64,000 nucleotides of DNA, taken from NCBI GenBank assembly GCA_016180065.1, contig JACPBY010000001.1, positions 30,633-94,632 of the forward strand. The letters run 5' to 3'. Position numbers and translations under genes: made by a program. Source of the stretch: Candidatus Woesearchaeota archaeon (lineage in GTDB: Archaea; Nanobdellota; Nanobdellia; Woesearchaeales; UBA10216). The notes beneath the pieces were generated by a model, which worked only from the letters and a program-made list of their open reading frames with translations, did no database searches and was not told the DNA's origin. This document shows positions 18,896-27,047 of this stretch, one piece after another (within the stretch, counting starts at the first letter, position 1; each line of letters opens with the position of its first letter).

Positions 18896-20416
18896 CTAAT
18901 CAAAATCTTCAGTTTCACCTATGGCCGCCGGCGCGGGAGGGAGCAGGTCGCCAGAGGTTGCCGAGGCTTGTTTTAATCCTAATTCACAATCATCTTCGGC
19001 AAACACCAAGAAACCCTTGCCAACCGGCACAGCATCCTCGACTCTCATGCCCTTGTTAATGTGTGCCCATCTGGTGTTTTCTGCGTCATAGGAATAACCC
19101 ACAAAATCAGCCCCGCCAAACGTCTTGCAGGTGCCGAGCAGGTCTGAAAACCTTTTTCCTTCCCATTCGGGCTGGGCTGATACCATGTTCCAGCCTTTCT
19201 CTAAAGGAAACTGGTAGTCGGAAGGAAAACCCGTCACGCTACGCACACTGCAGGCATCGCCCAGGTTGTAGAGCCAGACCGCCTTGAAAAGCCTAAACGA
19301 CTGGCCTGGGCTAAGCGCATCAGTCAGAATAGCTGTATCATAATCACTAATCCGAGGATTCCATGAATGAACAGCCCTGTCAATCTTGCTTTTCTGGCAA
19401 CTGGTTGACTTAAGGTAATACAGCATGTCTGCTCCGACAATGTTCCAGCCAGGGGATATTGCGACAGGAAAGCCTTTTTCCGCTTTATCCTTCGCTTCCC
19501 CAGCTGCGCTGCATTTTGCTTCGCATGCCGCTGACTCGTACCATTCGTTGTTTATCGTGCATTGCGAAATGCAGGCTGCCCCGCCATCTTGTTCCACTTC
19601 ACATCTCTTGTCAGTGCACCTTTCCACAGCAGCATTTTGCAGGCAGAACCTGATGCCGTAAGGCAGGCTGTCAACTGCTGTCGTAAATGTCTTGAGCAAA
19701 ACAGTACCCCCTCCAATCTTTGCCGCGTCAAAATTCCCAAGCTCGTGGAAGTCAACAACCCTGACAACAGTTGCCTCAGAAGCGCCTTGGGGCAAAAGAG
19801 TTACTGTAAGCGTGCCAGCCAGGCTGCTGACTTTATCTGCCTTTATCCGGTAAGTCCTGCCGCCATGAACATAATCCTTTGTTTCCCCTTCCTTTATCAA
19901 AGCATTTTCGCCTTTCCCGCAGTCTGCCCGGCCTTCTGCAGCTTTCGCCTCGGCCGCAGCTTCCCTTGCATCCTTGCATTTTGCCTCGCATTCTGTTGGC
20001 TCGTACCATTCGTTGTTTATCGTGCATCTTGAGAGGCAGCCTATGCCGCTTGGGTCGCAATCCAGGTCAGTGCATAAGCGGGCTTGTTGAAGCTGTTTCT
20101 TCTTCTCCTCCTCTGCCTTCAGCTTTTTCTCATTAGCTGAAGCTATTTCCACCGCCTGGCATTTTCGCTCACAATCTGAAGAAGAATACCAATTGCCGTC
20201 TGTTGTGCACTGTGAAAAACAGACAGCCTCACCATTCGGGTCAGCATCACACTGCCGGTCAGTGCACCTTGCGCCGCTGACCTGCGCTCCAGTGATATGG
20301 CCTGTGCCGCTGGCCAGGCTGCCATACCAGTCAAAGACTGCCAGGGCAGCGAGCAGCACAACAGCGATTGCACCAACTTTTAACCTGCCAGAGCCGTCCA
20401 TCACTGAAACCTTCAT
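18896..20416 (-). CDS. Secreted or membrane-anchored protein with three copies of a novel 6-Cys module (CTDxxC...C.S.CT[TI][DN].[EN]WY...CExKC) separated by K/E/A-rich linkers, plus a C-terminal globular domain.
   Basis: N-terminal hydrophobic signal/anchor. Three repeats read directly from the translation. TATA TATTTAAA at 20452-20459, 36 bp upstream. Confidence 0.7.
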   Translation of the reverse strand: MKVSVMDGSGRLKVGAIAVVLLAALAVFDWYGSLASGTGHITGAQVSGARCTDRQCDADPNGEAVCFSQCTTDGNWYSSSDCERKCQAVEIASANEKKLKAEEEKKKQLQQARLCTDLDCDPSGIGCLSRCTINNEWYEPTECEAKCKDAREAAAEAKAAEGRADCGKGENALIKEGETKDYVHGGRTYRIKADKVSSLAGTLTVTLLPQGASEATVVRVVDFHELGNFDAAKIGGGTVLLKTFTTAVDSLPYGIRFCLQNAAVERCTDKRCEVEQDGGAACISQCTINNEWYESAACEAKCSAAGEAKDKAEKGFPVAISPGWNIVGADMLYYLKSTSCQKSKIDRAVHSWNPRISDYDTAILTDALSPGQSFRLFKAVWLYNLGDACSVRSVTGFPSDYQFPLEKGWNMVSAQPEWEGKRFSDLLGTCKTFGGADFVGYSYDAENTRWAHINKGMRVEDAVPVGKGFLVFAEDDCELGLKQASATSGDLLPPAPAAIGETEDFD

Positions 20417-20494
20417 TCACACCTTTTTAACGTAGATTCTGAGCGCCCTGCTATTTAAACCTTTTTACAAAACTCTGCCGCAAAAAGAGAAATT

Positions 20495-21730
20495 TTAGCC
20501 ATCTATTAACAGCCCGCGGCTGCCAGAGCTGCTGCCAATTTGCGGTGCAGTTGGCACAGAAGGCGGTGCAGCAGGGTTTGGTTCAGGCTCCTGCTGCAGC
20601 TGCACTGGCTGTGAAGTGGTTGGCGCTTGTTGATTTTGTTGCGTTTGAGAGAACCCCTTCTCAACCCTTACAGGAACAGGCTCTGAAGTCTGGGTGTAGC
20701 CGTAGCTAAGCTCAACTTTAAGAGGAGTCACAAATGTTCCTGAGCCTTCATCAAAGTCATCGGCCTCGTAGCTGCACAGTATGTAATCATTAGCAAGGTT
20801 CCCTGAAAGGACCTTTTCGGTTTCGCTGCACCTGATGCCGCTGCCAAGCACCTTGCCGTTAAGCTCAACCTTTTCCAGCCTGACAATGTTAAGCTTGGGC
20901 TTGCCCTTATCATCGCCAGGTTTAGAAGATGAGCCTGAAGCTGCAGAAGGTGCGCCTGCCGTGCAGAACAAGCTCAGCCGGGTGCTGTCAATTATCAGCC
21001 CTTTCCCGATGTTGCCGATGAAAATCTTGAATTTCGGCTTTACCTTCTTGTTTGACTTCTCAGTCAGGATTTCTATCTTTTTCACAGCCACAGGCGCGCC
21101 CTGGCTTTTCAGCGCTATGGGAGCTTTGGCGTCGCAGACCTTTCTCTGCTTCTGGAAGCTTTGGGTTTGGGATGCATCTATGCAAACATTTGCAGTGAGC
21201 TTTGTGCCGTACTTGTAGCAAACAGTCGCCAGCAAAGCAGTATCTACACTATCATTGCTGTTCACAAACTCGTTTGCCTTCAGAACCAGGGTAACGCCCT
21301 CAACAGAGCCTGCAACCGTTTCGGGGGACTCCCTGCCAGTCATCGCATTTACTTCGATCAGTGGCAGTGGCTTTTTGAACTGAACTTTTTCAGTGTCCTC
21401 TGCCTCTGCGTTTTCCAGCGTAAAAGCCCCTTTAGTGTCCACGACAGTCACTATGGCTTCAGGGACTGCAACAGCCCCTTTGTTCGCCAGGACCAGCAAA
21501 ACCTCAGAAGAGCCACCTTCGCTTACCAGGCTTGGGACGCTTTCAGGCGAGAAAGCAGCGCTAAAGCCCTCCGCGCCAACATAAACATCAGGAACATCAA
21601 TGCCTGTGCCCTTCTTCCCCCCAAACCTGCCGCCAAACTGGGTGCAGCCAGCAGCCAAAAGCGCAACTGCAAGCAGGACTGCTATAAGGAAAGGGCGCAA
21701 ACGCAAGGCAGAGGCCTGAGCCATTTTCAT
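20495..21730 (-). CDS. Secreted lipoprotein. Paralog of the protein encoded at 17487..18851.
   Basis: Lipobox LLAAG|C. Conserved block VCYKYGTKLTANVCIDASQ. P/Q/S-rich C-terminal tail. Start overlaps the upstream gene's stop (ATGA), suggesting an operon. Confidence 0.7.
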   Translation of the reverse strand: MKMAQASALRLRPFLIAVLLAVALLAAGCTQFGGRFGGKKGTGIDVPDVYVGAEGFSAAFSPESVPSLVSEGGSSEVLLVLANKGAVAVPEAIVTVVDTKGAFTLENAEAEDTEKVQFKKPLPLIEVNAMTGRESPETVAGSVEGVTLVLKANEFVNSNDSVDTALLATVCYKYGTKLTANVCIDASQTQSFQKQRKVCDAKAPIALKSQGAPVAVKKIEILTEKSNKKVKPKFKIFIGNIGKGLIIDSTRLSLFCTAGAPSAASGSSSKPGDDKGKPKLNIVRLEKVELNGKVLGSGIRCSETEKVLSGNLANDYILCSYEADDFDEGSGTFVTPLKVELSYGYTQTSEPVPVRVEKGFSQTQQNQQAPTTSQPVQLQQEPEPNPAAPPSVPTAPQIGSSSGSRGLLIDG

Positions 21731-23874
21731 TCAGCTCCTTCAGCTTTCGGGCAGCCATCGTCGGGCTTATCATCAACACAGTCAGTCCACACGCCCCCTT
21801 CCTTGCATACCTGAGTGCCTGGGCACTCCTGCCCGTTAACAGCGAAATTGCAGTCTTTCTCTTTCCCAAGGACACATCCTTTGACCTCAAAGCTGGCTGC
21901 TTTCTTGGTTGAAAAAACGTATTTGGTATGCGCCTTAAACTGGGCTCCGACCCAGTCAGCACCGCCCAACACAGCCGGTGGGAGGAACATCTTGCAGCTG
22001 AACTGAACGCCATCACCAACAGGCCTTAACTCACCTGTTTTATCATTGCGCAGAATTTTTTGGGAAACCGTGTACGTTTTAGGGCCTCCAACGTTTTCAG
22101 GGTTGAGGTCCTCAAAATAGCTCTCTCTATCATTACTGCCTGCTTTGCTTCGGCTGCAAGCAGGGTCATTTGTCTTAAGGCTGGCGCCCCTCGGCAGGGT
22201 AAGCGTGAACTCCTCAATCCCTGCAAGCTCACCATCCCAGGCACCGCTTCCAGCTACAAAAATGACAAGGTTCACCACAGAGCCTTTAACAGTGTCCAGG
22301 CTAAAAGGCGAGGTTACCAGCTCAACAGGGCCCCAGGTTATCGCAACAGGACCGTTGTCATACTCAGCTTTTGCAGGAGGAATCTTGCTGACTTCAGCAG
22401 GGTCCTCACCTGCATCAAGAAGGGCTTCAATCTTACTTGAGCTCATAAACGCAGTGCTGAGGTCAGCATCTGCCTCAAAGCCGTACCTGACATCAAACTC
22501 AACAGTATGGGTTCCTTGTTCAAGGCTGTCAAACAGGCACTTTGCTGTCCTTGGCCTCTTGTAGCCAACAACAGCAGCAGGCTTTCCTTTTGACATTGCC
22601 ATGGTGAGGTCTTCGTCACTAAAAGGCTCAACAACCAGCCCCTCCGAGGCAGTTGACTCTTCATTGCAATCAATACCTACAATCCCTATCACCCTTTTAG
22701 CAGGGTCATCAACAGGCAAAGGATTTGGGACTGTCAGGATTATGCTTGGGGCTGCAGCTTCGTAAAACCCTTCCTGCATGTTGAACACCTTCGGCATGTT
22801 CGGGTCAGGAATAAGCTGAAGGCCCATCTTGGGCTGCTCCTTTGCCGTGCCAAAGCCAAAAGCCTCCCCAAGCTTTTCCTGTGCTGAAGCGATTGGAGCC
22901 CTGAGAAACTCCCCGGAAACAATCCGTTTGAAATTGCTCTTGAAGCTGTCTATAACACCCTGCTTGAGACTTTCTTCGGCTTCAGTCAGGCCTGCATGCG
23001 ATACATAAGCTGCCTTTATCTGCGGAAGGCTGGCTACAAGATAAAAAAGAATCAACGCTCCAAGGATTTTCCTCGCCGTCCTTGATTCAGGGTAAAATGC
23101 GAATATAGAATACATCAGAGGCAGGGGGAAAAGCATCCTGTTAAGCAGAAAGCCAGCTACGAACTGAATGTAGCCAAAGTTAGCCACATAGTCCAGAGCG
23201 CGCTCCCTTATCAGAGGAAGGCCGTATGTTTCAAACAGCATAAAAACCGGCAGCCACTTTATCGCTCCCGGGATTTGGAGATTAACATAAAAAAAGCCCG
23301 ACCCTATGAGAAACGCGATAAGCAGAATATTAGAACTTAGTATGCCGATGTCAAAATTGCCGTTCCACGCGTTCAGGAAACCGAAGATTGAATAAAAGTG
23401 CACCGAAGCGATTATTGCGCGCCAGAAAGTGATGGTCCTGGTGGTAAGCGCCAAAATAAAAAAGCCCCCTATGCCAAAACCCATGCGCAGCCACGCTGTC
23501 CTGCTGACGTCAAAGCCAGTTCTCCAATCAAAAAAGTAGAGCAATGCTGTAAAAACAACAATGCCGCTGGCAAGATTCTCAGGCTTCAGGTCAGCAAACC
23601 AGCCAAAAATCCCCTTGACCGGCGTCATGGCAGCCTGGCCAGCGGCAAAACCAACTCCTGTGGCAGCGCCCTGCAGGACCGGCCCGGCAGCACCGGCAGC
23701 CTTTGCGGCCAACGCAGCTTTCGGAGAAGCAACAGAACCTACAAACTTGGCAGCCCCGCCCAGGGCTGAGAAAATGCCTGTGTTAGGCGCGGCAGCGCTT
23801 CCAGTGTTTCGCATGCCCTGCGCAAGCCTCGCAAGATAGCTTGGGTCAATCGCCCCAGCACCAGCCATAGCCAC
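21727..23874 (-). CDS. Large polytopic membrane protein (715 aa). N-terminal A/G-rich segment, about 6-7 TM helices, and a large C-terminal ectodomain ending in a Cys-rich knot.
   Basis: Hydrophobic helices between residues 100 and 320. C-terminus GCVLGKEKDCNFAVNGQECPGTQVCKEGGVWTDCVDDKPDDGCP. Confidence 0.7.
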   Translation of the reverse strand: MAMAGAGAIDPSYLARLAQGMRNTGSAAAPNTGIFSALGGAAKFVGSVASPKAALAAKAAGAAGPVLQGAATGVGFAAGQAAMTPVKGIFGWFADLKPENLASGIVVFTALLYFFDWRTGFDVSRTAWLRMGFGIGGFFILALTTRTITFWRAIIASVHFYSIFGFLNAWNGNFDIGILSSNILLIAFLIGSGFFYVNLQIPGAIKWLPVFMLFETYGLPLIRERALDYVANFGYIQFVAGFLLNRMLFPLPLMYSIFAFYPESRTARKILGALILFYLVASLPQIKAAYVSHAGLTEAEESLKQGVIDSFKSNFKRIVSGEFLRAPIASAQEKLGEAFGFGTAKEQPKMGLQLIPDPNMPKVFNMQEGFYEAAAPSIILTVPNPLPVDDPAKRVIGIVGIDCNEESTASEGLVVEPFSDEDLTMAMSKGKPAAVVGYKRPRTAKCLFDSLEQGTHTVEFDVRYGFEADADLSTAFMSSSKIEALLDAGEDPAEVSKIPPAKAEYDNGPVAITWGPVELVTSPFSLDTVKGSVVNLVIFVAGSGAWDGELAGIEEFTLTLPRGASLKTNDPACSRSKAGSNDRESYFEDLNPENVGGPKTYTVSQKILRNDKTGELRPVGDGVQFSCKMFLPPAVLGGADWVGAQFKAHTKYVFSTKKAASFEVKGCVLGKEKDCNFAVNGQECPGTQVCKEGGVWTDCVDDKPDDGCPKAEGAE

Positions 23875-23981
23875 TTAACAGCACCTCTTTCAAAATTCAG
23901 CAGCAGCTGAATTTTGGGTATAGCTCTTAAATTCAACGTTTAAAACCTTTTCCTTTAATCCAATGCTGCAGCATTGGATTA

Positions 23982-25193
23982 TCAGCTGCATTCCTCAGCC
24001 CTTCTGCAGTCAAGAAGTACATTGAGTTCCAGGATGTGCAAGGTGGTTTCGGGGACTATCCTCAGGAAGTTTGTGCCTGCCACAAGGAATGAGTCAATGT
24101 TTTTGGAGAAGTTTGCAGCCCTCGTGTCAAGCCTCGTTTTCTGGCTGTTGATTTCCAGATTAGCGGTTTTGCGTTCCTTGTCGTCAACAAACCTCAGCTG
24201 GAGACTGGAGTTTATTGTGTTGTTTTCAATCCTCCTGAACACGCTGCCGTTTACGCTGAAGAAATAAACTGGGAATATTGGCTCTTCCAGCTTTGTTCTG
24301 AGAACTATCCGGTCAAGCAGATAAGTGCCTTTTTCAGCCACAAAACTGATTTCATTCTTTCCAGCCACAATGTCTTTCGGATCAAGCTGCTGCCTCTCAG
24401 GAACGCCACAGTCAGGCACCTTTGACGCAATCAGGATGCCATTAAGGTTTACGGTAAGCTTGCCGACGTCCCTCACGTTGCAGTCAACAAAGTAGCTCAG
24501 GGATGCCTCTGACAGAAGGTTGGCTTCTTCCCCACCAATCACAAAAGTTTGCACTGCTTCCTTGTTTTCAAGGCGCTCAACTGTGGCAGTTACCTTGACA
24601 TCCCTGAGGTCGTAGAAGTTCTTTGAGAAAGGCTTATACCACGGCACAGGTTCTGTGGAGAACTCCAGAAGGTTCTCCTCCTTCAAGGCCAGGCTCAGCG
24701 GCTCTGTGAAGCTGTCAACCTCACCTGCAAAAATCTCGTTATCGTTAAGCTTTATGATGAGATTGCCTTTGTGGCTGGCAACAGAAAACGCAAGCTTTGC
24801 GTTCTCAACCTTGTCTTTTAAGGCAAGAATCAGCGATTTTCTCTTGTTTGTGCTTCGCGAAGTTTCGGCGTAAACAGAATCTGCGCTTTTCAAAACAATA
24901 TCCTCTTTCTTGGTGAAGAGGTTGAATGAAGGTATGCGGTGCTCAAACTCTTTCTCCTTAAGCCGCGTCAGGGTGCCGGGGTTTTCGCTAAGCAAGGTTG
25001 AGCCGCGCAGAGTGCCAGGCACAACAGCCCCCACAGGGGATGGTTCCTTATCGAGCATCTTGTCCCTGTCAGCCTTTGGCAGAAACAGGAGATACAACAG
25101 GATAAACCCTGCAATGGTTATGACCAGAATGGCAGCATTCGCCCCGCTAGGAGGTCCGGGAGGAGCCTGTGCCCTTTTTCCAAAACAAGCCAT
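23982..25193 (-). CDS. Membrane-anchored protein of unknown function (N-terminal TM, large extracytoplasmic domain).
   Basis: N-terminal hydrophobic anchor AAILVITIAGFILLYLLFL. TATA ATATATATTTAAAT at 25211-25224, about 20 bp upstream of the start. Confidence 0.6.
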   Translation of the reverse strand: MACFGKRAQAPPGPPSGANAAILVITIAGFILLYLLFLPKADRDKMLDKEPSPVGAVVPGTLRGSTLLSENPGTLTRLKEKEFEHRIPSFNLFTKKEDIVLKSADSVYAETSRSTNKRKSLILALKDKVENAKLAFSVASHKGNLIIKLNDNEIFAGEVDSFTEPLSLALKEENLLEFSTEPVPWYKPFSKNFYDLRDVKVTATVERLENKEAVQTFVIGGEEANLLSEASLSYFVDCNVRDVGKLTVNLNGILIASKVPDCGVPERQQLDPKDIVAGKNEISFVAEKGTYLLDRIVLRTKLEEPIFPVYFFSVNGSVFRRIENNTINSSLQLRFVDDKERKTANLEINSQKTRLDTRAANFSKNIDSFLVAGTNFLRIVPETTLHILELNVLLDCRRAEECS

Positions 25194-25349
25194 GCTTTAT
25201 TCTCCAGTAGATATATATTTAAATGTTTTCTTCTGATGCGCTCCTTGGAAATCCTTGCTTTCGAGGCTGCCTCGGTTTAGCTGACGCTAAACCAACTTAG
25301 CCTCCCCTTCAGCAAGCCGTTGAGAGTTTGCAAAAAGAAAAGGAACACC

Positions 25350-26384
25350 ATGAAACTCCTCAAAAAAGACCTGAAACACGGGAAGATGGTCGTTAAAGCG
25401 GAAAGCCTTGACGACCTGTGGCTCTTAGGGCAGACTGTGAGGCAGGGCGATGCAGTGGTTGGAAGGACAACGCGCAAGGTGAAGCTGGGAAGCTCAGAAG
25501 AGGCAGTCAAGAAAACATATGTCCTGCAGCTGGCTGTTGAAGGGGCCGAGTTCAAGGAACAAAGCGTGAGGATAAGCGGAAAAACAGCAGAACCGGCTGA
25601 AGACGTGCCAAAAGGCTCGTTCCATACCCTGGCTGTTGAACAAGGCGATGTTATCACCATTATTAAAGCCAAATGGCAGAAATACGAGCTTGACAGGCTG
25701 AACGAAGCAACACAACAACAGCTTAAAATCCTGATAGTGGTGTTTGACCGGGAAAGCTGCCTGCTTGCAAGGCTGAAAAGCCGCGGTTACGATGTTGTTT
25801 TAGAGCTGAAAGGAAAAGTAAGGAAGAAAGACTACAGCACAGCAAGCGTAACTAATTTCTACAAGGAGATAATAGCTTCAGTCAAGGACTACAGCGAGCG
25901 CAACAAGCCTGACAAAATCATCTTGGCAAGCCCGGCTTTCTGGAAAGAGGAGTTTTTAAACGAGATTAAAAACGACGCCGCAGCAGGATTGCTCAAGCAA
26001 AAGCTGGTCATGGCAACCTGCAGCAGTGTCGGTGAAAACGCAATAGAAGAAGTGCTGAAAAGGCCTGAAATGGAAACAGCCCTTGAATCAGCCGCCGCAG
26101 CGAAAGAACTCAAGCTGGTTGAAGAAGTGATGACAGAAATCGCAAAAGATGGCAATGCCGTGTATGGGGCAAAAGAAGTGGAAAATGCGGTGCTTGCAGG
26201 AGCAGCCGAAAAGCTGCTCATTACAGACACCAAAGTCTATAACAATCCCTGCAGCGAATTGCTAATGAAACAGGCAGAAGATAACGGCGGGAAAGTACTC
26301 ATAATAAACTCGGAAAACACCGCAGGCCAGAAGCTGGATGCCTTGGGAGGAATGGCAGCAATGCTGCGCTACAAACTTTATTGA
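25350..26384 (+). CDS. pelA: Pelota / Dom34 mRNA surveillance protein.
   Basis: eRF1-like three-domain architecture with a conserved central domain. The ATG at 25350 (MKLLKKDL) is preferred over the upstream alternative start. Confidence 0.85.
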   Translation: MKLLKKDLKHGKMVVKAESLDDLWLLGQTVRQGDAVVGRTTRKVKLGSSEEAVKKTYVLQLAVEGAEFKEQSVRISGKTAEPAEDVPKGSFHTLAVEQGDVITIIKAKWQKYELDRLNEATQQQLKILIVVFDRESCLLARLKSRGYDVVLELKGKVRKKDYSTASVTNFYKEIIASVKDYSERNKPDKIILASPAFWKEEFLNEIKNDAAAGLLKQKLVMATCSSVGENAIEEVLKRPEMETALESAAAAKELKLVEEVMTEIAKDGNAVYGAKEVENAVLAGAAEKLLITDTKVYNNPCSELLMKQAEDNGGKVLIINSENTAGQKLDALGGMAAMLRYKLY

Positions 26385-26416
26385 CTTTCCAGGGCGAAAC
26401 CACCAACACCATAAAC

Positions 26417-26425
26417 TTTATATAT
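26417..26425 (+). promoter_or_regulatory. TATA box TTTATATAT 25 bp upstream of vapB, giving a leaderless transcript.
   Basis: A/T box at archaeal spacing. Confidence 0.45.
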
Positions 26426-26449
26426 TGAATATCATATCTAAGATTTAAA

Positions 26450-26689
26450 ATGTCGCTGGCTCACGTAACCAAAACTGGGAATGTATCAATACCGAAAGAG
26501 TGGCGCAAAGCCCTCGGCATTGAACCGAATTCAAATGTGATAATTCACAAGCTTGAGCGCAAGATAGTCATAGAGCCATTAAAGCAAGAAAAATTCCACG
26601 ATACTCTTGCTAAAATTGATGATGAAGTTAAAAAAAAGAAAATCACCTTTTCAAGAGAGGAAGCTGTCAAAGATGACTTCTACGATTAA
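26450..26689 (+). CDS. vapB: AbrB/SpoVT-domain antitoxin (VapB-like).
   Basis: KTGNVSIPKEWRKALGI swapped-hairpin motif. Overlaps the downstream PIN gene by 17 nt. AT-rich codon usage. Confidence 0.75.
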   Translation: MSLAHVTKTGNVSIPKEWRKALGIEPNSNVIIHKLERKIVIEPLKQEKFHDTLAKIDDEVKKKKITFSREEAVKDDFYD

Positions 26690-27047
26690 ATTTATTGACG
26701 CCAACATATTCATCCTGAGGTGGAGCAATCCAAGAATCAAGGAATTCATTGATTCGCTAAGCGCCGAAGAACATTGCACTTCCGTTTTGGTCTTAGCTGA
26801 GGTTTACCATAAGTTAATGCAAAAAAATGTAGAAAACGTTTTTAATTACATAAGAGGAATAATGGGCACCATAACTATCTACGACTTTACGCAGGAAGAA
26901 TTATTCGACGCCATGAAAAATCCTTTAGACATAGGTATGAATGACAAAACACACATAGCTGTTATGAAAAACAGCAATATCAACACAATAATATCATTCG
27001 ACAAGGATTTTGACAGGGATAAAACAATCAGAAGAGAGGAACTATGA
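26673..27047 (+). CDS. vapC: PIN-domain ribonuclease toxin (VapC).
   Basis: FIDANIF N-terminal Asp, with DKTHIAV and SFDKDFD acidic residues. The ORF-track start at 26607 uses an alternative start; the ATG at 26673 is preferred. Confidence 0.8.
   Translation: MTSTIKFIDANIFILRWSNPRIKEFIDSLSAEEHCTSVLVLAEVYHKLMQKNVENVFNYIRGIMGTITIYDFTQEELFDAMKNPLDIGMNDKTHIAVMKNSNINTIISFDKDFDRDKTIRREEL

Noticed and set aside
23874-23982. Mobile element or IS terminal inverted repeat interpretation of the 24-bp palindrome
   Set aside because: Only a single copy is seen. There is no transposase and there are no flanking direct repeats. A regulatory or terminator role is more parsimonious.
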